From IMG/VR virus record IMGVR_UViG_3300035101_000063: a DNA stretch of 64,000 bases. One strand, given 5' to 3'. This document shows positions 1 through 10,083 of the stretch, piece by piece. The notes under the pieces were generated by a model. That model made no database searches, was not told the origin of the DNA, and saw only the letters and a program-made list of their open reading frames with translations. How positions within the stretch are numbered: position 1 is the first letter of the stretch; each line of letters starts with the position of its first letter. The translations under genes and the position numbers were made by a program. The stretch is from a virus.

Positions 1-775
1 CCCCAACACTAGAACCCATCGTTAATGTATTAGATTGAAAAGTATGTTCGAAAACAAACCCTCCCAAATGATGATTAAATGTACTTATATAACTTGTACT
101 ATTCGCAATAACATTAGCAAATTCTTGATATACTCCTGACTCTTTTATATCACCACTTGCATTTGCAACTTGAGCAGTCCACGAAACTTGATAATCTGGA
201 CCTTCATTATCAACTATTTTTCTTATCTCTATTCCATCATTATCAGCAAGGCTTCCTGTTAAAAATTTTACCACAACATAAGTAGATTGTACCTCTACAA
301 TCCTTCCCATAACTAAATCATCAGAAGTCTTGTAAAGCCAATCTCCTATTTCTGGTGTCTCTCCTGAATCATTATCAAAATCTATTCTTCTTCCAGTTTC
401 AACCCATATAGCAGGTATTAAATCCTCAAGACTACCTCCCCAATATGAAGCAAGATTAAAAGTCTGACTGTCTGTACCATTTGTAGTACCTATTGAATAC
501 CAATCTCCATCAACTCTCAATTTGCCTTTAAAATAAAGATAAATTGCTTCTTGATATTCTCCACAAAAATTTATTAAATTACCACTAGAAATATTCTTAC
601 CATCTAAAAATAACTCGCCACTATCACCTATAACTCTACCCATTAATATACTAGGTGTTTGAGTACACGTTACAATAGCATTATTACTAATCGTAAGATT
701 ATCGCCATTAGTCATAGGACCAGCAGCAATTGCTGCTTCAAGTGTCATATCTGTTGTAGCATTATAGTTGGCCAT
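1..775 (-). CDS. virion structural protein, probably fibre or decoration-like. Only the N-terminal ~258 codons are in the window, and the gene continues past coordinate 1.
   Basis: ATG at 775-773 sits 2 nt after the TAG of the upstream gene. The reading frame stays open to the window edge. The product is N/T/S/G-rich. No other ORF of 60 aa or more lies in 1-777. Confidence 0.5.
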   Translation of the reverse strand, partial: MANYNATTDMTLEAAIAAGPMTNGDNLTISNNAIVTCTQTPSILMGRVIGDSGELFLDGKNISSGNLINFCGEYQEAIYLYFKGKLRVDGDWYSIGTTNGTDSQTFNLASYWGGSLEDLIPAIWVETGRRIDFDNDSGETPEIGDWLYKTSDDLVMGRIVEVQSTYVVVKFLTGSLADNDGIEIRKIVDNEGPDYQVSWTAQVANASGDIKESGVYQEFANVIANSTSYISTFNHHLGGFVFEHTFQSNTLTMGSSVG

Positions 776-777
776 AT

Positions 778-1149
778 CTAAATACTATCAATTTTATTAA
801 CAACAATCTCTTTTGCAATTACTTTATTACCAGAAAGCATTTTCTTCATTTTATCAAAACATGTTTCATTATTTGGACCAACATTTTTACAAAACCCAAG
901 CAATCTATCACCTATTTTAATAGAACCATCTGCATCTTTCCCACATATAAAACAATATTCCGACAATTTATTTTCATATGGCCCTTTGTATTCAGGAAAT
1001 CCACGACCAACCATTGGACCACCACATCTATCATGACCACACATTAAAATATGTTCTTTCCCCTTTGAATTATGCCAATGTTCACAAGAAGAACAAACAA
1101 AACACAACCCAGTTGACAACTCAACATCAATCATTTCTTTTGTTATCAT
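778..1149 (-). CDS. Cys/His-rich putative zinc-binding protein
   Basis: Tiled minus-strand ORF with multiple CxxC/CxH motifs. Confidence 0.45.
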   Translation of the reverse strand: MITKEMIDVELSTGLCFVCSSCEHWHNSKGKEHILMCGHDRCGGPMVGRGFPEYKGPYENKLSEYCFICGKDADGSIKIGDRLLGFCKNVGPNNETCFDKMKKMLSGNKVIAKEIVVNKIDSI

Positions 1150-1730
1150 AAATCAACTTTTCTATCAGGAGTAAATTGAGTTCTCTTTTTTAACTCAAAT
1201 TTATATCCAACATAAATAGGTGTTCCCAATATATATCCAGACCCACCAACTTTAACAACATCCCACCATTCATTAAAACAATAAACAACATCATCTTCTT
1301 TTGGTACCCTACCACTCAAACAAATCAACCCAGATTCTAAAATTTCACAAATCCAATGATTAACAGCAATAGACATTACTGCATCATATTCCACAATCTT
1401 ACCCTCTGGTCTAACCATTGGACTTCTATTTTCAGCTTCTTCATATTGAAAAGAACATGGAATAATAATAGCAGAATCACCTTGTGCTATATCTGGACAA
1501 AAATTCCACGCAAGATCGTGAGTTTGAGATGTACCAATAGGTGATTTTGGATTCGTTCCACCATAAAGAGGATCATTATCCGGTTCACCATAAAGAGGAT
1601 CTACATTCTTTCCTCTATTCAAAGAATAATATTCACAAGATGTACCAGAAGAAGCAATCCTTTCTGCTTCCTGTGCCTTAAAATAATCCTCATCTTGAGA
1701 ACCCCAGTACCCCTTGCCTATACATCCCAT
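1146..1730 (-). CDS. hypothetical protein (virion module)
   Basis: Tiled ORF that overlaps its neighbour by 4 nt. Confidence 0.45.
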   Translation of the reverse strand: MGCIGKGYWGSQDEDYFKAQEAERIASSGTSCEYYSLNRGKNVDPLYGEPDNDPLYGGTNPKSPIGTSQTHDLAWNFCPDIAQGDSAIIIPCSFQYEEAENRSPMVRPEGKIVEYDAVMSIAVNHWICEILESGLICLSGRVPKEDDVVYCFNEWWDVVKVGGSGYILGTPIYVGYKFELKKRTQFTPDRKVDL

Positions 1731-1743
1731 TCATTTCTCCAAA

Positions 1744-2625
1744 TCACATATTATTATATTTAGCTCTCATCTCCATTATAAAAGAAAGATCAGCAATATT
1801 TATACCTTCTTTTGTTATCTTCTTTCCCTTCATTATTCTAGAAAGTCTTTTACCAATTCTACCTTCAATAACGGTATCATTATTCTCAACACTTTCAATT
1901 TCTGTACCATCCCAACATCTAACATCTTTGTTTTGTTTACGTGCGGCACGCCCACATGGATGCTTCGTTGACCCATATTTTACAAGCAATCCTCCATCCT
2001 TATTTTTACCCTTACCTGTAAATTTCAGTTTCCTTTTCCCAATAGCCCAAGACCCACCACCTTTTGATGCATGACTTTCTGCACCAGAAAACTTACCATC
2101 ATCTCTATCATGAAAAGGATTACCCATTCCTTTTTTGCGCTTTGGCGCTCCAGATGTTCTTGTACCTGATGCTTCCAACAAATCAGTAAGACCTTCTATA
2201 ACATCTTCAAAAGCTTTCAATTCATCTTCTGTCTCAACATATAAACGATCTTCATATGCTAACAATGCTGCTTGAATCAGTTCTGGTTTCATAGTAATAA
2301 CATTAGAATTAAAAGAAACAGTATGTTCCTCATTAACATTCCTCAAAACTATTTCACCAACATCTAAAAATTTTGATTCAACAAAAAAAGAATACATATC
2401 CACAGCATCTTCTTCATCTTCAAAAACAAAAACCAACTCATCATTATCATTATCTGAAACCAAAGAAGGAACTTCTTCCTTTTTAGAAGATTCTATCTTA
2501 TATCCAACAACTTCCTCATCTAATTCACGCCTTTGTTTGTTTTGAAGCCCTATTCCAGTAAGTTTTTTTTCATCTTCACTAAGAACTTGTTCTGTCAAAA
2601 TGCGAAACTTTGCGATGTCTTCCAT
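1744..2625 (-). CDS. hypothetical protein (virion module)
   Basis: ATG at 2625 with a GAGGGAG SD. The 16-bp palindrome lies 18 nt upstream. Confidence 0.5.
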   Translation of the reverse strand: MEDIAKFRILTEQVLSEDEKKLTGIGLQNKQRRELDEEVVGYKIESSKKEEVPSLVSDNDNDELVFVFEDEEDAVDMYSFFVESKFLDVGEIVLRNVNEEHTVSFNSNVITMKPELIQAALLAYEDRLYVETEDELKAFEDVIEGLTDLLEASGTRTSGAPKRKKGMGNPFHDRDDGKFSGAESHASKGGGSWAIGKRKLKFTGKGKNKDGGLLVKYGSTKHPCGRAARKQNKDVRCWDGTEIESVENNDTVIEGRIGKRLSRIMKGKKITKEGINIADLSFIMEMRAKYNNM

Positions 2626-2643
2626 TTTAAAATTCTCCCTCTT

Positions 2644-2659
2644 GCGAACTCGAGTTCGC
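2644..2659. repeat. 16-bp perfect palindrome GCGAACTCGAGTTCGC (copy 1)
   Basis: Exact match. It sits 18 nt upstream of the ATG at 2625, immediately 5' of the SD. Confidence 0.95.
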
Positions 2660-2674
2660 CAAAAATTAGTTCTA

Positions 2675-3415
2675 TCAATCGGTCATTATCCCAACTGGAT
2701 GTTGCATCAACCGCATCTTCTCTTCAAGTCGCATTTCCATAGCTTCAGCATTTGCATACATCGTTTCACCATCCATTGTATATGTACCTGTTGCAGATGG
2801 CTTATCAGAATATTTCATTCTAATCGTAGCCAAAGTTTTCATTGCTCTCATTAAAGCATATTCCTTAAATAGATGCCACTCATATGTACTTAAATAATTA
2901 TAATCAAAACATCTTGAAAGATAAACAACTTTTATCTTCCTAGTATTACTATTCTCTGGAGATATTACCAATATACGCCTAGACTTATCCCATTGCCAAT
3001 CTCGGTCAGCTGATACAATTTTTTTAGCATCATCCCGATACATCATATATTGAACTAATCCAGAATATCCCCCTCTCCCTTCATAAACATATTGAAATGG
3101 ATTTATCTCTACATCTGCCCACCCAAAAATATCTTTCAAAGAAGAATCATAAGCATCGAAATAAACATCAACTACACTATCAACATCTGGACCAAGGACA
3201 GAAGCAGGATATTCCCTAGCACTAGTAAGCGTCAAATCAACGGAACGTACCCTACCAACCCACATTAACCAATATTCCTGTGCCTTACGAATAGCACTCT
3301 CCAAATGCTTATCCGTGAGCTCAACACCTATGACATCACAACCTAGTTCATCAAGAATATATTCTTTCACAACATCAGTTGCTCTATTATCACTCCATTC
3401 TACTCCACAATTCAT
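2675..3415 (-). CDS. hypothetical protein (virion module)
   Basis: Tiled ORF located downstream of the capsid genes. Confidence 0.5.
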   Translation of the reverse strand: MNCGVEWSDNRATDVVKEYILDELGCDVIGVELTDKHLESAIRKAQEYWLMWVGRVRSVDLTLTSAREYPASVLGPDVDSVVDVYFDAYDSSLKDIFGWADVEINPFQYVYEGRGGYSGLVQYMMYRDDAKKIVSADRDWQWDKSRRILVISPENSNTRKIKVVYLSRCFDYNYLSTYEWHLFKEYALMRAMKTLATIRMKYSDKPSATGTYTMDGETMYANAEAMEMRLEEKMRLMQHPVGIMTD

Positions 3416-3420
3416 AATGA

Positions 3421-4125
3421 TTATTTCTTCCCAATTGACCGCTTAATAGGTGATGTCAATATCTTCTCTGCAGAATCTTGTATTTTACCAACAACACTAT
3501 AAATTTCAGGTTCCTTTATATTTACTCTCTTTAATGCCTTTACTGTAGCATCTCCTATTTCAGATAGCACACCATTAAGTTGGTCTTCATTCATCTGAAC
3601 AATTGATATAATAGATTTTTTTATATCTTCCGGAAGTGAATCAACATCCACCGATGATTCCGGTTTTGCTAATGGTTCCATATCACCATTAGATTTCTTC
3701 CCTTTTTCTTTGTCTTTTTTATCATCATCTTCTTCTTCATCTTCATCATCTTTATTACCATTATCTTTATTACCATTATCTTTATTTACATAATTATCCA
3801 TTTTATCAGCTTCATTTATTGGTACTTCCTCACCAAGCTCAGCTAATCTTTTAGCTACACGATCATCAGGTGAACTCAATAAACTATATCCAACAACTTC
3901 CAATTGTTCTGGCTCTAAAACAGAAAATAAATATAAATCTCGATCAAAAAAACCATTTTCTCTAATAGATAAACCCATAGGTGTAACAGCCACTACCTCT
4001 CCCACAGCAACATGAACACCCATTTTATTTCTAACCTCTACTGTCTCACCAATCCCTATTAAACCTGCATCAATTGTATTATCAAGCCTACTCTCAAATA
4101 ATGTTTTTTTCATGGAATCCTCCAT
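3421..4125 (-). CDS. acidic low-complexity protein with NKDNG repeats and a D/E tract
   Basis: Tiled ORF with a compositionally biased centre. Confidence 0.45.
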   Translation of the reverse strand: MEDSMKKTLFESRLDNTIDAGLIGIGETVEVRNKMGVHVAVGEVVAVTPMGLSIRENGFFDRDLYLFSVLEPEQLEVVGYSLLSSPDDRVAKRLAELGEEVPINEADKMDNYVNKDNGNKDNGNKDDEDEEEDDDKKDKEKGKKSNGDMEPLAKPESSVDVDSLPEDIKKSIISIVQMNEDQLNGVLSEIGDATVKALKRVNIKEPEIYSVVGKIQDSAEKILTSPIKRSIGKK

Positions 4126-4659
4126 TTAATACAATTTCAACCCTTTATGTTTTCTATCTACATGAGTAATCATTCTCTTCTCACTTTTAAGAAACTTTCC
4201 ACAAGAAAGACATCTAAAACCACCTTTTACTGATACATAATCACCTACTTCATTATTAATATCATCTGAATTATTAAACTCTTTATTATCTTCTTTGTCA
4301 CAATTATCTTCATCATCACCATCTATTTTATCATTTTCTTCTATATTAGAATCAACAATACTAAAATTATCAATCGAATCTGATTCTAAAGAAATATTCT
4401 CAATTATATCCAACTTTTTATCTAAATCCTCATCCAAACATTCATCTTTTATTTCATCTTTTACTTCATCTTTTACTTCAATAAGATATCCATCTCTAAC
4501 CCAACAATTAAGATTAAAATCGCCAGTATCAACAATCTCACCTGGTTCAAAAACAAAATCTCTTATACCACTAGCTTTAGAACCATTATTTATAATTCTA
4601 GTTATACCACCACAAAACTGTTGTCGCTTCTGACCATTTTTCATCTTATATTTTGGCAT
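4126..4659 (-). CDS. acidic repeat protein with a C-terminal C2H2-type zinc finger
   Basis: KDEVKDEIKDE repeats. The C-terminus reads CLSCGKF...HVDRKH (C-x2-C-x12-H-x4-H). An AGGAG SD precedes the ATG at 4659. Confidence 0.5.
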   Translation of the reverse strand: MPKYKMKNGQKRQQFCGGITRIINNGSKASGIRDFVFEPGEIVDTGDFNLNCWVRDGYLIEVKDEVKDEIKDECLDEDLDKKLDIIENISLESDSIDNFSIVDSNIEENDKIDGDDEDNCDKEDNKEFNNSDDINNEVGDYVSVKGGFRCLSCGKFLKSEKRMITHVDRKHKGLKLY

Positions 4660-4671
4660 TTTTAATCTCCT

Positions 4672-4708
4672 AAAAAAAGGGTCGAGCCGATATCGACCCG
4701 ACCCTTAA
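4672..4708 (-). terminator. intrinsic terminator downstream of the major capsid gene
   Basis: Minus strand reads AAGGGTCG-ggtcgatatcggct-CGACCCTT followed by TTTTTTT. The AGGAG SD and ATG of the next gene follow immediately. Confidence 0.7.
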
Positions 4709-4776
4709 CAATTGGTCACAATACTATACTACCACTGTTTCAATCCACACCCCATTGAATGGAGCAACACATCCCG

Positions 4777-6393
4777 TTAAGGAGTACTAGTAACAGATGG
4801 AAGATTAGAACAAGTAATAACACCATAATACTCTTTTCGGAGCATCTTAGTAGCATATCTTGTCCTGATTCCCTTCCTAAATGTTTGATCATCAGGATCA
4901 AGGAACGTAGGTGTAACTTGAAGTGGCACATATGGACAATATGCATATCCAGCATCAATAAAACCACGACCTTTTAGACCAACAAGAATCTTAGTCTCAT
5001 CCTGGAATGGATTCAAATAAACAGTCCATTTTCTAAGAAGAGTACCTATCCTACAAATACCATAATTTGCCATCACTGGACCATATGATGGTTGAAGAAC
5101 CGATTGCTCTATCGATGCATAATCTCCATGCGTAGAAAGTTGATCAAGTAATGATGCTACAGCAGGTCCAACAACTAAGAAATTAGCAGGTGCTCTTCCT
5201 GAAGTCTTATGAATCTGTGCAGATACCGAACCAATTATAGTAAGTAATCTGCGAATATTCTCAATCTCACCAGGCATTACAGCAGCACCAGTACCATTGA
5301 AATAATCATATGATGCTGAATGCATAGCTCCAGCAATTAAATCATTAATTATCTCCCGGTCAATTTCGAGCATAACTTCATGACTAAATGTTGAAACAAT
5401 CTCAGTTTCAACATCTATTCCATGAAGTGCACGCATATCGTCAACAGCTTCCACCGTCCAACGCGCCCTAAGTTTCCTGCTCTCTGCCTGAACAGTTTGA
5501 AGCGTTATATTTAAATCAACGCTAGGAATCTTAGCTCCACTAGTCTGATAAACTTTCTCCCACTCAACAAAATATTGAACATAAACAACAGTATTATCCT
5601 CAAAATTATCTGCACTACCAGAACCATCCGCTGGAGTAATTGACCAAGTACCGTCAGTAATATCAAATGTACCAACATTATTCGTATTTGCAGTATTATC
5701 AATCAAATTACCAGCATCATTCATAGTCGCAATTACATCTACTGGACCAGTCGCCATTGAATAATAGAATTTAACATAAAATGTACGCTGACCAACGGTA
5801 CCATTAGCACGAATTGGAGACCAATCTGTAGTCCTACAATTAGTAGAAGCATTCGTTAAAGAAGATGTACTCGTTCCAGTATCCGTACAAACACAATCAT
5901 AATCCACAAACTCAGACGAATAGTATCTACCAAAATTCCGAACCATACTATCGCCAGCATCCAATTCACCATCATAGTTCATATCTGTTGGGTCATTCGA
6001 AATCCCGAGATATGGAACTTTTGTGCCTTTTCTATCAGTGTATCGTCTTTCATAATAGAAAATACCACCAACAGGTGAAGTCATAGGCTGAACACTAACA
6101 ATTTGATTTGCAATCAGATTCGGCCATACTCTCCTAAGAATCGGGAATGTATACTTGGTGAAATACCCAGTATTTGTTGACAACGTATCTTCGTTGAGTT
6201 GTTTGAGATGCTGCATCTCATTCTCAAGAAGAACAGCTGTAACTTTCCTATTCCATGGAATTTCAATTGGGTCATCTTTACCAGTTGATTCTAATAATGG
6301 TTTCCATTTAGAAATACAAGCATTCGCATAACTATCATCATGGATAGTATTTGGCCCTGCCATTTCTAGAAGCTGCCTTGCCTCTGTACTCAT
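4777..6393 (-). CDS. major capsid protein (HK97-fold, T4 gp23-like)
   Basis: 538 aa and located directly after the protease/scaffold gene. It contains the motif LIANQIVSVQPMTSPVGG, reminiscent of the gp23-family VQPM block. Strong AAGGAGAG SD. An intrinsic terminator follows the gene. Confidence 0.8.
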   Translation of the reverse strand: MSTEARQLLEMAGPNTIHDDSYANACISKWKPLLESTGKDDPIEIPWNRKVTAVLLENEMQHLKQLNEDTLSTNTGYFTKYTFPILRRVWPNLIANQIVSVQPMTSPVGGIFYYERRYTDRKGTKVPYLGISNDPTDMNYDGELDAGDSMVRNFGRYYSSEFVDYDCVCTDTGTSTSSLTNASTNCRTTDWSPIRANGTVGQRTFYVKFYYSMATGPVDVIATMNDAGNLIDNTANTNNVGTFDITDGTWSITPADGSGSADNFEDNTVVYVQYFVEWEKVYQTSGAKIPSVDLNITLQTVQAESRKLRARWTVEAVDDMRALHGIDVETEIVSTFSHEVMLEIDREIINDLIAGAMHSASYDYFNGTGAAVMPGEIENIRRLLTIIGSVSAQIHKTSGRAPANFLVVGPAVASLLDQLSTHGDYASIEQSVLQPSYGPVMANYGICRIGTLLRKWTVYLNPFQDETKILVGLKGRGFIDAGYAYCPYVPLQVTPTFLDPDDQTFRKGIRTRYATKMLRKEYYGVITCSNLPSVTSTP

Positions 6394-6423
6394 AATCTAA
6401 CTCTCCTTAAAATGTGATCGTTG

Positions 6424-8064
6424 TTAATCCACCTTGGAAATCCCAGCCAAAGTAACAATCTCACCAAGGTCATGTCCTAACTCAGTTCTGAATTGTTTCT
6501 TTGGAATTGTTTCTTCAACAATTGGTTTTTCACTCACTTGTCCTTTACCAAGTGAGTTTCTCATTCGTTGAAGAGTAGGATCTCCTAACTCAGTCAACCC
6601 TCTCTCAGAAATCAACGTATCAACACGAGACCGATCATGGACATCTTCCATTAAGGCCATCAACTCTCTACCATTAGTGAAACGTGCAACCTTCTCAAGC
6701 TTATAGGCTTTCAAATCAGCTTCTTCAAACTTTTTACGAGCCAATTCACTACTCTCTTTTGCTTTTAATTTAGCTTCTTCAGCTTCTTTAATAGCATTTT
6801 GAGATTCAATTTCAATCTTTGAAATTCTTGACTCATATTCTTCAATCTCTTTGCGTCTTTGAAGGTCTATGCGCTCTCCCAACTTAGCAGCTTTCGACAA
6901 TTTACTAGACAACTCTTCAACCTTGCTTTGCAGCAGGGTTATTTTACCATTCAATTCTATATTTTCTTCGCGAAGTTTTGCCTCTTCTTTTTTTATTACT
7001 TCTCCCTCTGGAAGGTCTTTTAAAATAGTATCTACAACGGAAACAGCATCTTCAGCTGATTCAAATTTTCTACCATTCAAAAGACTCCTAATTGACTCAA
7101 TCATTGGATGACCAGAAATCTTTTTTTCAATTTCAAGCCAACATTTTAATACTTTAGCCTCTTCAATTGCTTCGTCACGTTCTCTATTTGCTTCTGATAC
7201 TTGAAGCTCACCAGCTTTAATAGTAGCTTTTATATCATCCTCATTAGGATCTTTTTTATAAGCACTCACCATTTCAGCTATAGCTGACAATACAGCTTTT
7301 GAACCAGCAATTTCAGGATCAGCTTCTACCTCTTCAATTATTTCCTGTCTAACAACTTCCTTTAGTTCAAGAATTTCGTCACGAAGTCTTCTTTCAAACT
7401 GTTCAGAAACATTATCCTTCTTTGGTGCTTCTTTATTTTTATCTGATAATTTCTCTTCAGACAAAACACCATCATTCATATTTTTTAAAGACTCTGCAAC
7501 TTCTGGAAACTCATCTAAAAACATCTTAGCCAATGTTGAATCATCGACATCTTCAGTATAAATACCAGGAACAGCTGTTTTTACAGCAGGATCAGCAACA
7601 AAATCATATGTCTTCAAAATTAAATCATCTTGAACTTCTTCTGCCTCTGATTGTCCCTTTGCAGGTGCAGTAGAACCATATGCTCTACTTGATACTCCAA
7701 CTTGAACGTTAGCCTCTATAAGAGCCTTTAACGTCTTTCCTTCAGGAGTATTAAGAATCTCTGCTTCACCTATTACAATACCATCTTTTATTTTCAACCC
7801 AGTTATCACGTGACTAACACGCTTCAATGATGTTTTTCCATCACTAGGATGATCAAGTTCACCTAATATTCTCCTATGAGACAAATCTTCTTGAAGACGA
7901 TCAATTTCTCGCTGCATTAATCTCTGAGGATAAACCCTACCATTCTGAGTTGGAACATCACAACGACCAAATTCACCACGTGCTATAGTCTTATTTCCGG
8001 CACCCTCTACCAATGAAAGAGTTACAGGAGTTGATTCGATTAAAATCTTTCTTATGCTCATAAT
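6424..8064 (-). CDS. prohead protease (gp21/S77-like N-terminal domain) fused to an E/K-rich coiled-coil scaffold-like C-terminal domain
   Basis: GELDHPSDGK and SSRAYGS motifs in the N-terminal ~150 aa, with a long charged coiled coil after them. Sits between the portal-side genes and the MCP. The ATG at 8064 has a GGAGAAAG SD. The ORF track's TTG at 8112 is unlikely to be the true start. Confidence 0.6.
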   Translation of the reverse strand: MMSIRKILIESTPVTLSLVEGAGNKTIARGEFGRCDVPTQNGRVYPQRLMQREIDRLQEDLSHRRILGELDHPSDGKTSLKRVSHVITGLKIKDGIVIGEAEILNTPEGKTLKALIEANVQVGVSSRAYGSTAPAKGQSEAEEVQDDLILKTYDFVADPAVKTAVPGIYTEDVDDSTLAKMFLDEFPEVAESLKNMNDGVLSEEKLSDKNKEAPKKDNVSEQFERRLRDEILELKEVVRQEIIEEVEADPEIAGSKAVLSAIAEMVSAYKKDPNEDDIKATIKAGELQVSEANRERDEAIEEAKVLKCWLEIEKKISGHPMIESIRSLLNGRKFESAEDAVSVVDTILKDLPEGEVIKKEEAKLREENIELNGKITLLQSKVEELSSKLSKAAKLGERIDLQRRKEIEEYESRISKIEIESQNAIKEAEEAKLKAKESSELARKKFEEADLKAYKLEKVARFTNGRELMALMEDVHDRSRVDTLISERGLTELGDPTLQRMRNSLGKGQVSEKPIVEETIPKKQFRTELGHDLGEIVTLAGISKVD

Positions 8065-8295
8065 ATCACCACTTTCTCCAGCTCTTAAACCGAAGACCAC
8101 GTTTTCTAGCAAGTGGATTACGATCTAGTTTACGCTTAGCTTCTGGAGAGATTTTTCTTCTTGTTTTATTTCCATCCAAGCTCAAACTCTTCAATGGTGA
8201 AACATAACCAATCAATTCTAATCTCCCAGACGTATATGCCGTTCTCCGTTTCCGCTTACCACCTGATCCATCAGTCTTTTTTTCTGATAAGCGGT

Positions 8296-9213
8296 TTAAT
8301 CGTTTCCCAACTCACCATCATCCAGCTTATTAATTGACTTGCTGATAATAGTAAGTATTGGGTTCAACTCCGCTATAAACTCTTCATCATCCATTACGTC
8401 TTCTTCTAATCGACCAGCCTCATACATATCAAGGACAGAATCTACAGACTCTGTATAAATATCAGCCACTGAATCATCACAAAATTCCTCATTAAGGAAG
8501 TCAACTATATTAACAATTCGCTCTACAATTTCATCCCTAACACTCTTCGATTCTTCTCGTGATATATCCTCTGATAAAAGCAAAAGTTCTTGAGCAAATG
8601 ACGACATATTCTCTTCGCTTCTGAGCCCCTTACGTCGTTTTTCTACCCTTCCTGACCGCATCTTAGAAACAACGCCTTTGCCTCCTCTACGCCATTTCTT
8701 TTTCAATCGTCCTTCTTTTGCCAGTTTTCCCATTCCACCAGCTACAACATGAGATGGCCTACAAATAGGTGTGCCACCACCTGTCTTTACTGCACGCATC
8801 CCAGGGGGGCACTGAAAAGACATTTTTCTTGCGGTAGAACCACCCTTGAAACGCCTCTGACGAGTAGCTTTTGCTTCTTTCAAGGCTGTTACTATCTTCT
8901 CAGCTCTTTCAAGAATATCAACATTGTTGTCCGGAATTTTCTTTTCAGAAAGACCATCAAGAACTTTCTGAATATCATCTTCTTCCAAATCATCTAATGG
9001 AAGTGCTTCTATCCTGTCAAAAAGCTCATTGGTGACATATTCACCATCGAAAGGATCATTGTCTTCATCTAAATCCTTTTCAGGTTCTTTGGGAGAATCA
9101 TCTTTATCCTCCTCGATAATACCAGACATTTTCACGGATCTTCCAGCATTCATTTTTATACCAAGCGCTGAAAAATCCTCTTCTAATGTTGTCTTCATTC
9201 GTTGACGAGTCAT
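8296..9213 (-). CDS. hypothetical head-associated protein with acidic termini and a basic core
   Basis: Tiled ORF. ATG at 9213 with an AAGGAG SD. Confidence 0.45.
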   Translation of the reverse strand: MTRQRMKTTLEEDFSALGIKMNAGRSVKMSGIIEEDKDDSPKEPEKDLDEDNDPFDGEYVTNELFDRIEALPLDDLEEDDIQKVLDGLSEKKIPDNNVDILERAEKIVTALKEAKATRQRRFKGGSTARKMSFQCPPGMRAVKTGGGTPICRPSHVVAGGMGKLAKEGRLKKKWRRGGKGVVSKMRSGRVEKRRKGLRSEENMSSFAQELLLLSEDISREESKSVRDEIVERIVNIVDFLNEEFCDDSVADIYTESVDSVLDMYEAGRLEEDVMDDEEFIAELNPILTIISKSINKLDDGELGND

Positions 9214-9217
9214 TGCA

Positions 9218-10072
9218 TTAACGCTCCTTGTTGTTAGGTTTTGCTTTTAATTTCAGATATTCTGATAACAAAACCATTGTCCTTGCTCGGTCGGCCAATT
9301 TGTCATGTGCCTTTGCTACTAAAGGCAAATCCTCATGCCTTGACAACTTTTCGGCCTTACCAAGCAGACTAACAGCAGCCTGCGCTTCAACTATCAACGA
9401 TTCACAAACGGCACCTAAAAACTTATTATCACAAAATGATAAATCTTTGCAACCTTCTATTATAATTTTATATCGGTCAAGAAGAATTGACATAGATTCA
9501 TTCACTTCTTTTGCAAATTCATAAATTCTTTCTTCCGGCAATCTAGAATATCTTGTTTTAGGAACTCCACCTTCTATGTCTCTAATGCGACCATAAAGTC
9601 TTGTCTTTATACGCTCTACATTAGCCTCATACATTTTACTCCACTCATTAGGCTTTGTAGATTCTTTGATACCATTCATAATATCAGAAAACCAAATCAT
9701 ATCTTTATCATTAATAAAAGGCACCAACTCGCGAACTCGAGTTCGCAATACATCATCACCATTCATCATAGATTTAGCTATACTTTTTAGTTCTTTTGAT
9801 ACATGAGATGGGATTTCTTCTTCTTTTATAATAGGAATAGACCTAGATGCTTTGTCTTCATTAATTCTCATCTTCCCATCTTCATCTATCAAAAAAGAAA
9901 TATTCCTTAATTTGCCTTCTCCATTAAAGGCTAACACATGGTCATCAAATGTAGCAATAATACGCAAAGCATCTTTATATTCCTCCTGAATAAAATCGTG
10001 TATATCACCAAGCTTATGCTCAATACTTCCTATTCTCACCTTTTCTATTGCTGAACCTTGAATATATGCCAT
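9218..10072 (-). CDS. hypothetical head morphogenesis protein
   Basis: Tiled ORF immediately after the portal gene. One copy of the 16-bp palindrome is encoded in-frame as LRTRVREL. Confidence 0.45.
   Translation of the reverse strand: MAYIQGSAIEKVRIGSIEHKLGDIHDFIQEEYKDALRIIATFDDHVLAFNGEGKLRNISFLIDEDGKMRINEDKASRSIPIIKEEEIPSHVSKELKSIAKSMMNGDDVLRTRVRELVPFINDKDMIWFSDIMNGIKESTKPNEWSKMYEANVERIKTRLYGRIRDIEGGVPKTRYSRLPEERIYEFAKEVNESMSILLDRYKIIIEGCKDLSFCDNKFLGAVCESLIVEAQAAVSLLGKAEKLSRHEDLPLVAKAHDKLADRARTMVLLSEYLKLKAKPNNKER
9731..9746. repeat. 16-bp palindrome (copy 2, intragenic)
   Basis: Exact match. It lies in-frame inside ORF 9218..10072. Confidence 0.95.
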
Positions 10073-10083
10073 GTGAAAATCTC

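Noticed and set aside
6424-8112. TTG at 8112 as the start of the protease/scaffold gene, and similar TTG/GTG starts at 46782, 45731 and 15037.
   Set aside because: Internal ATGs with proper SD sequences exist at 8064, 46767, 45692 and 15028. The longer forms would translate the palindrome or promoter sequence.
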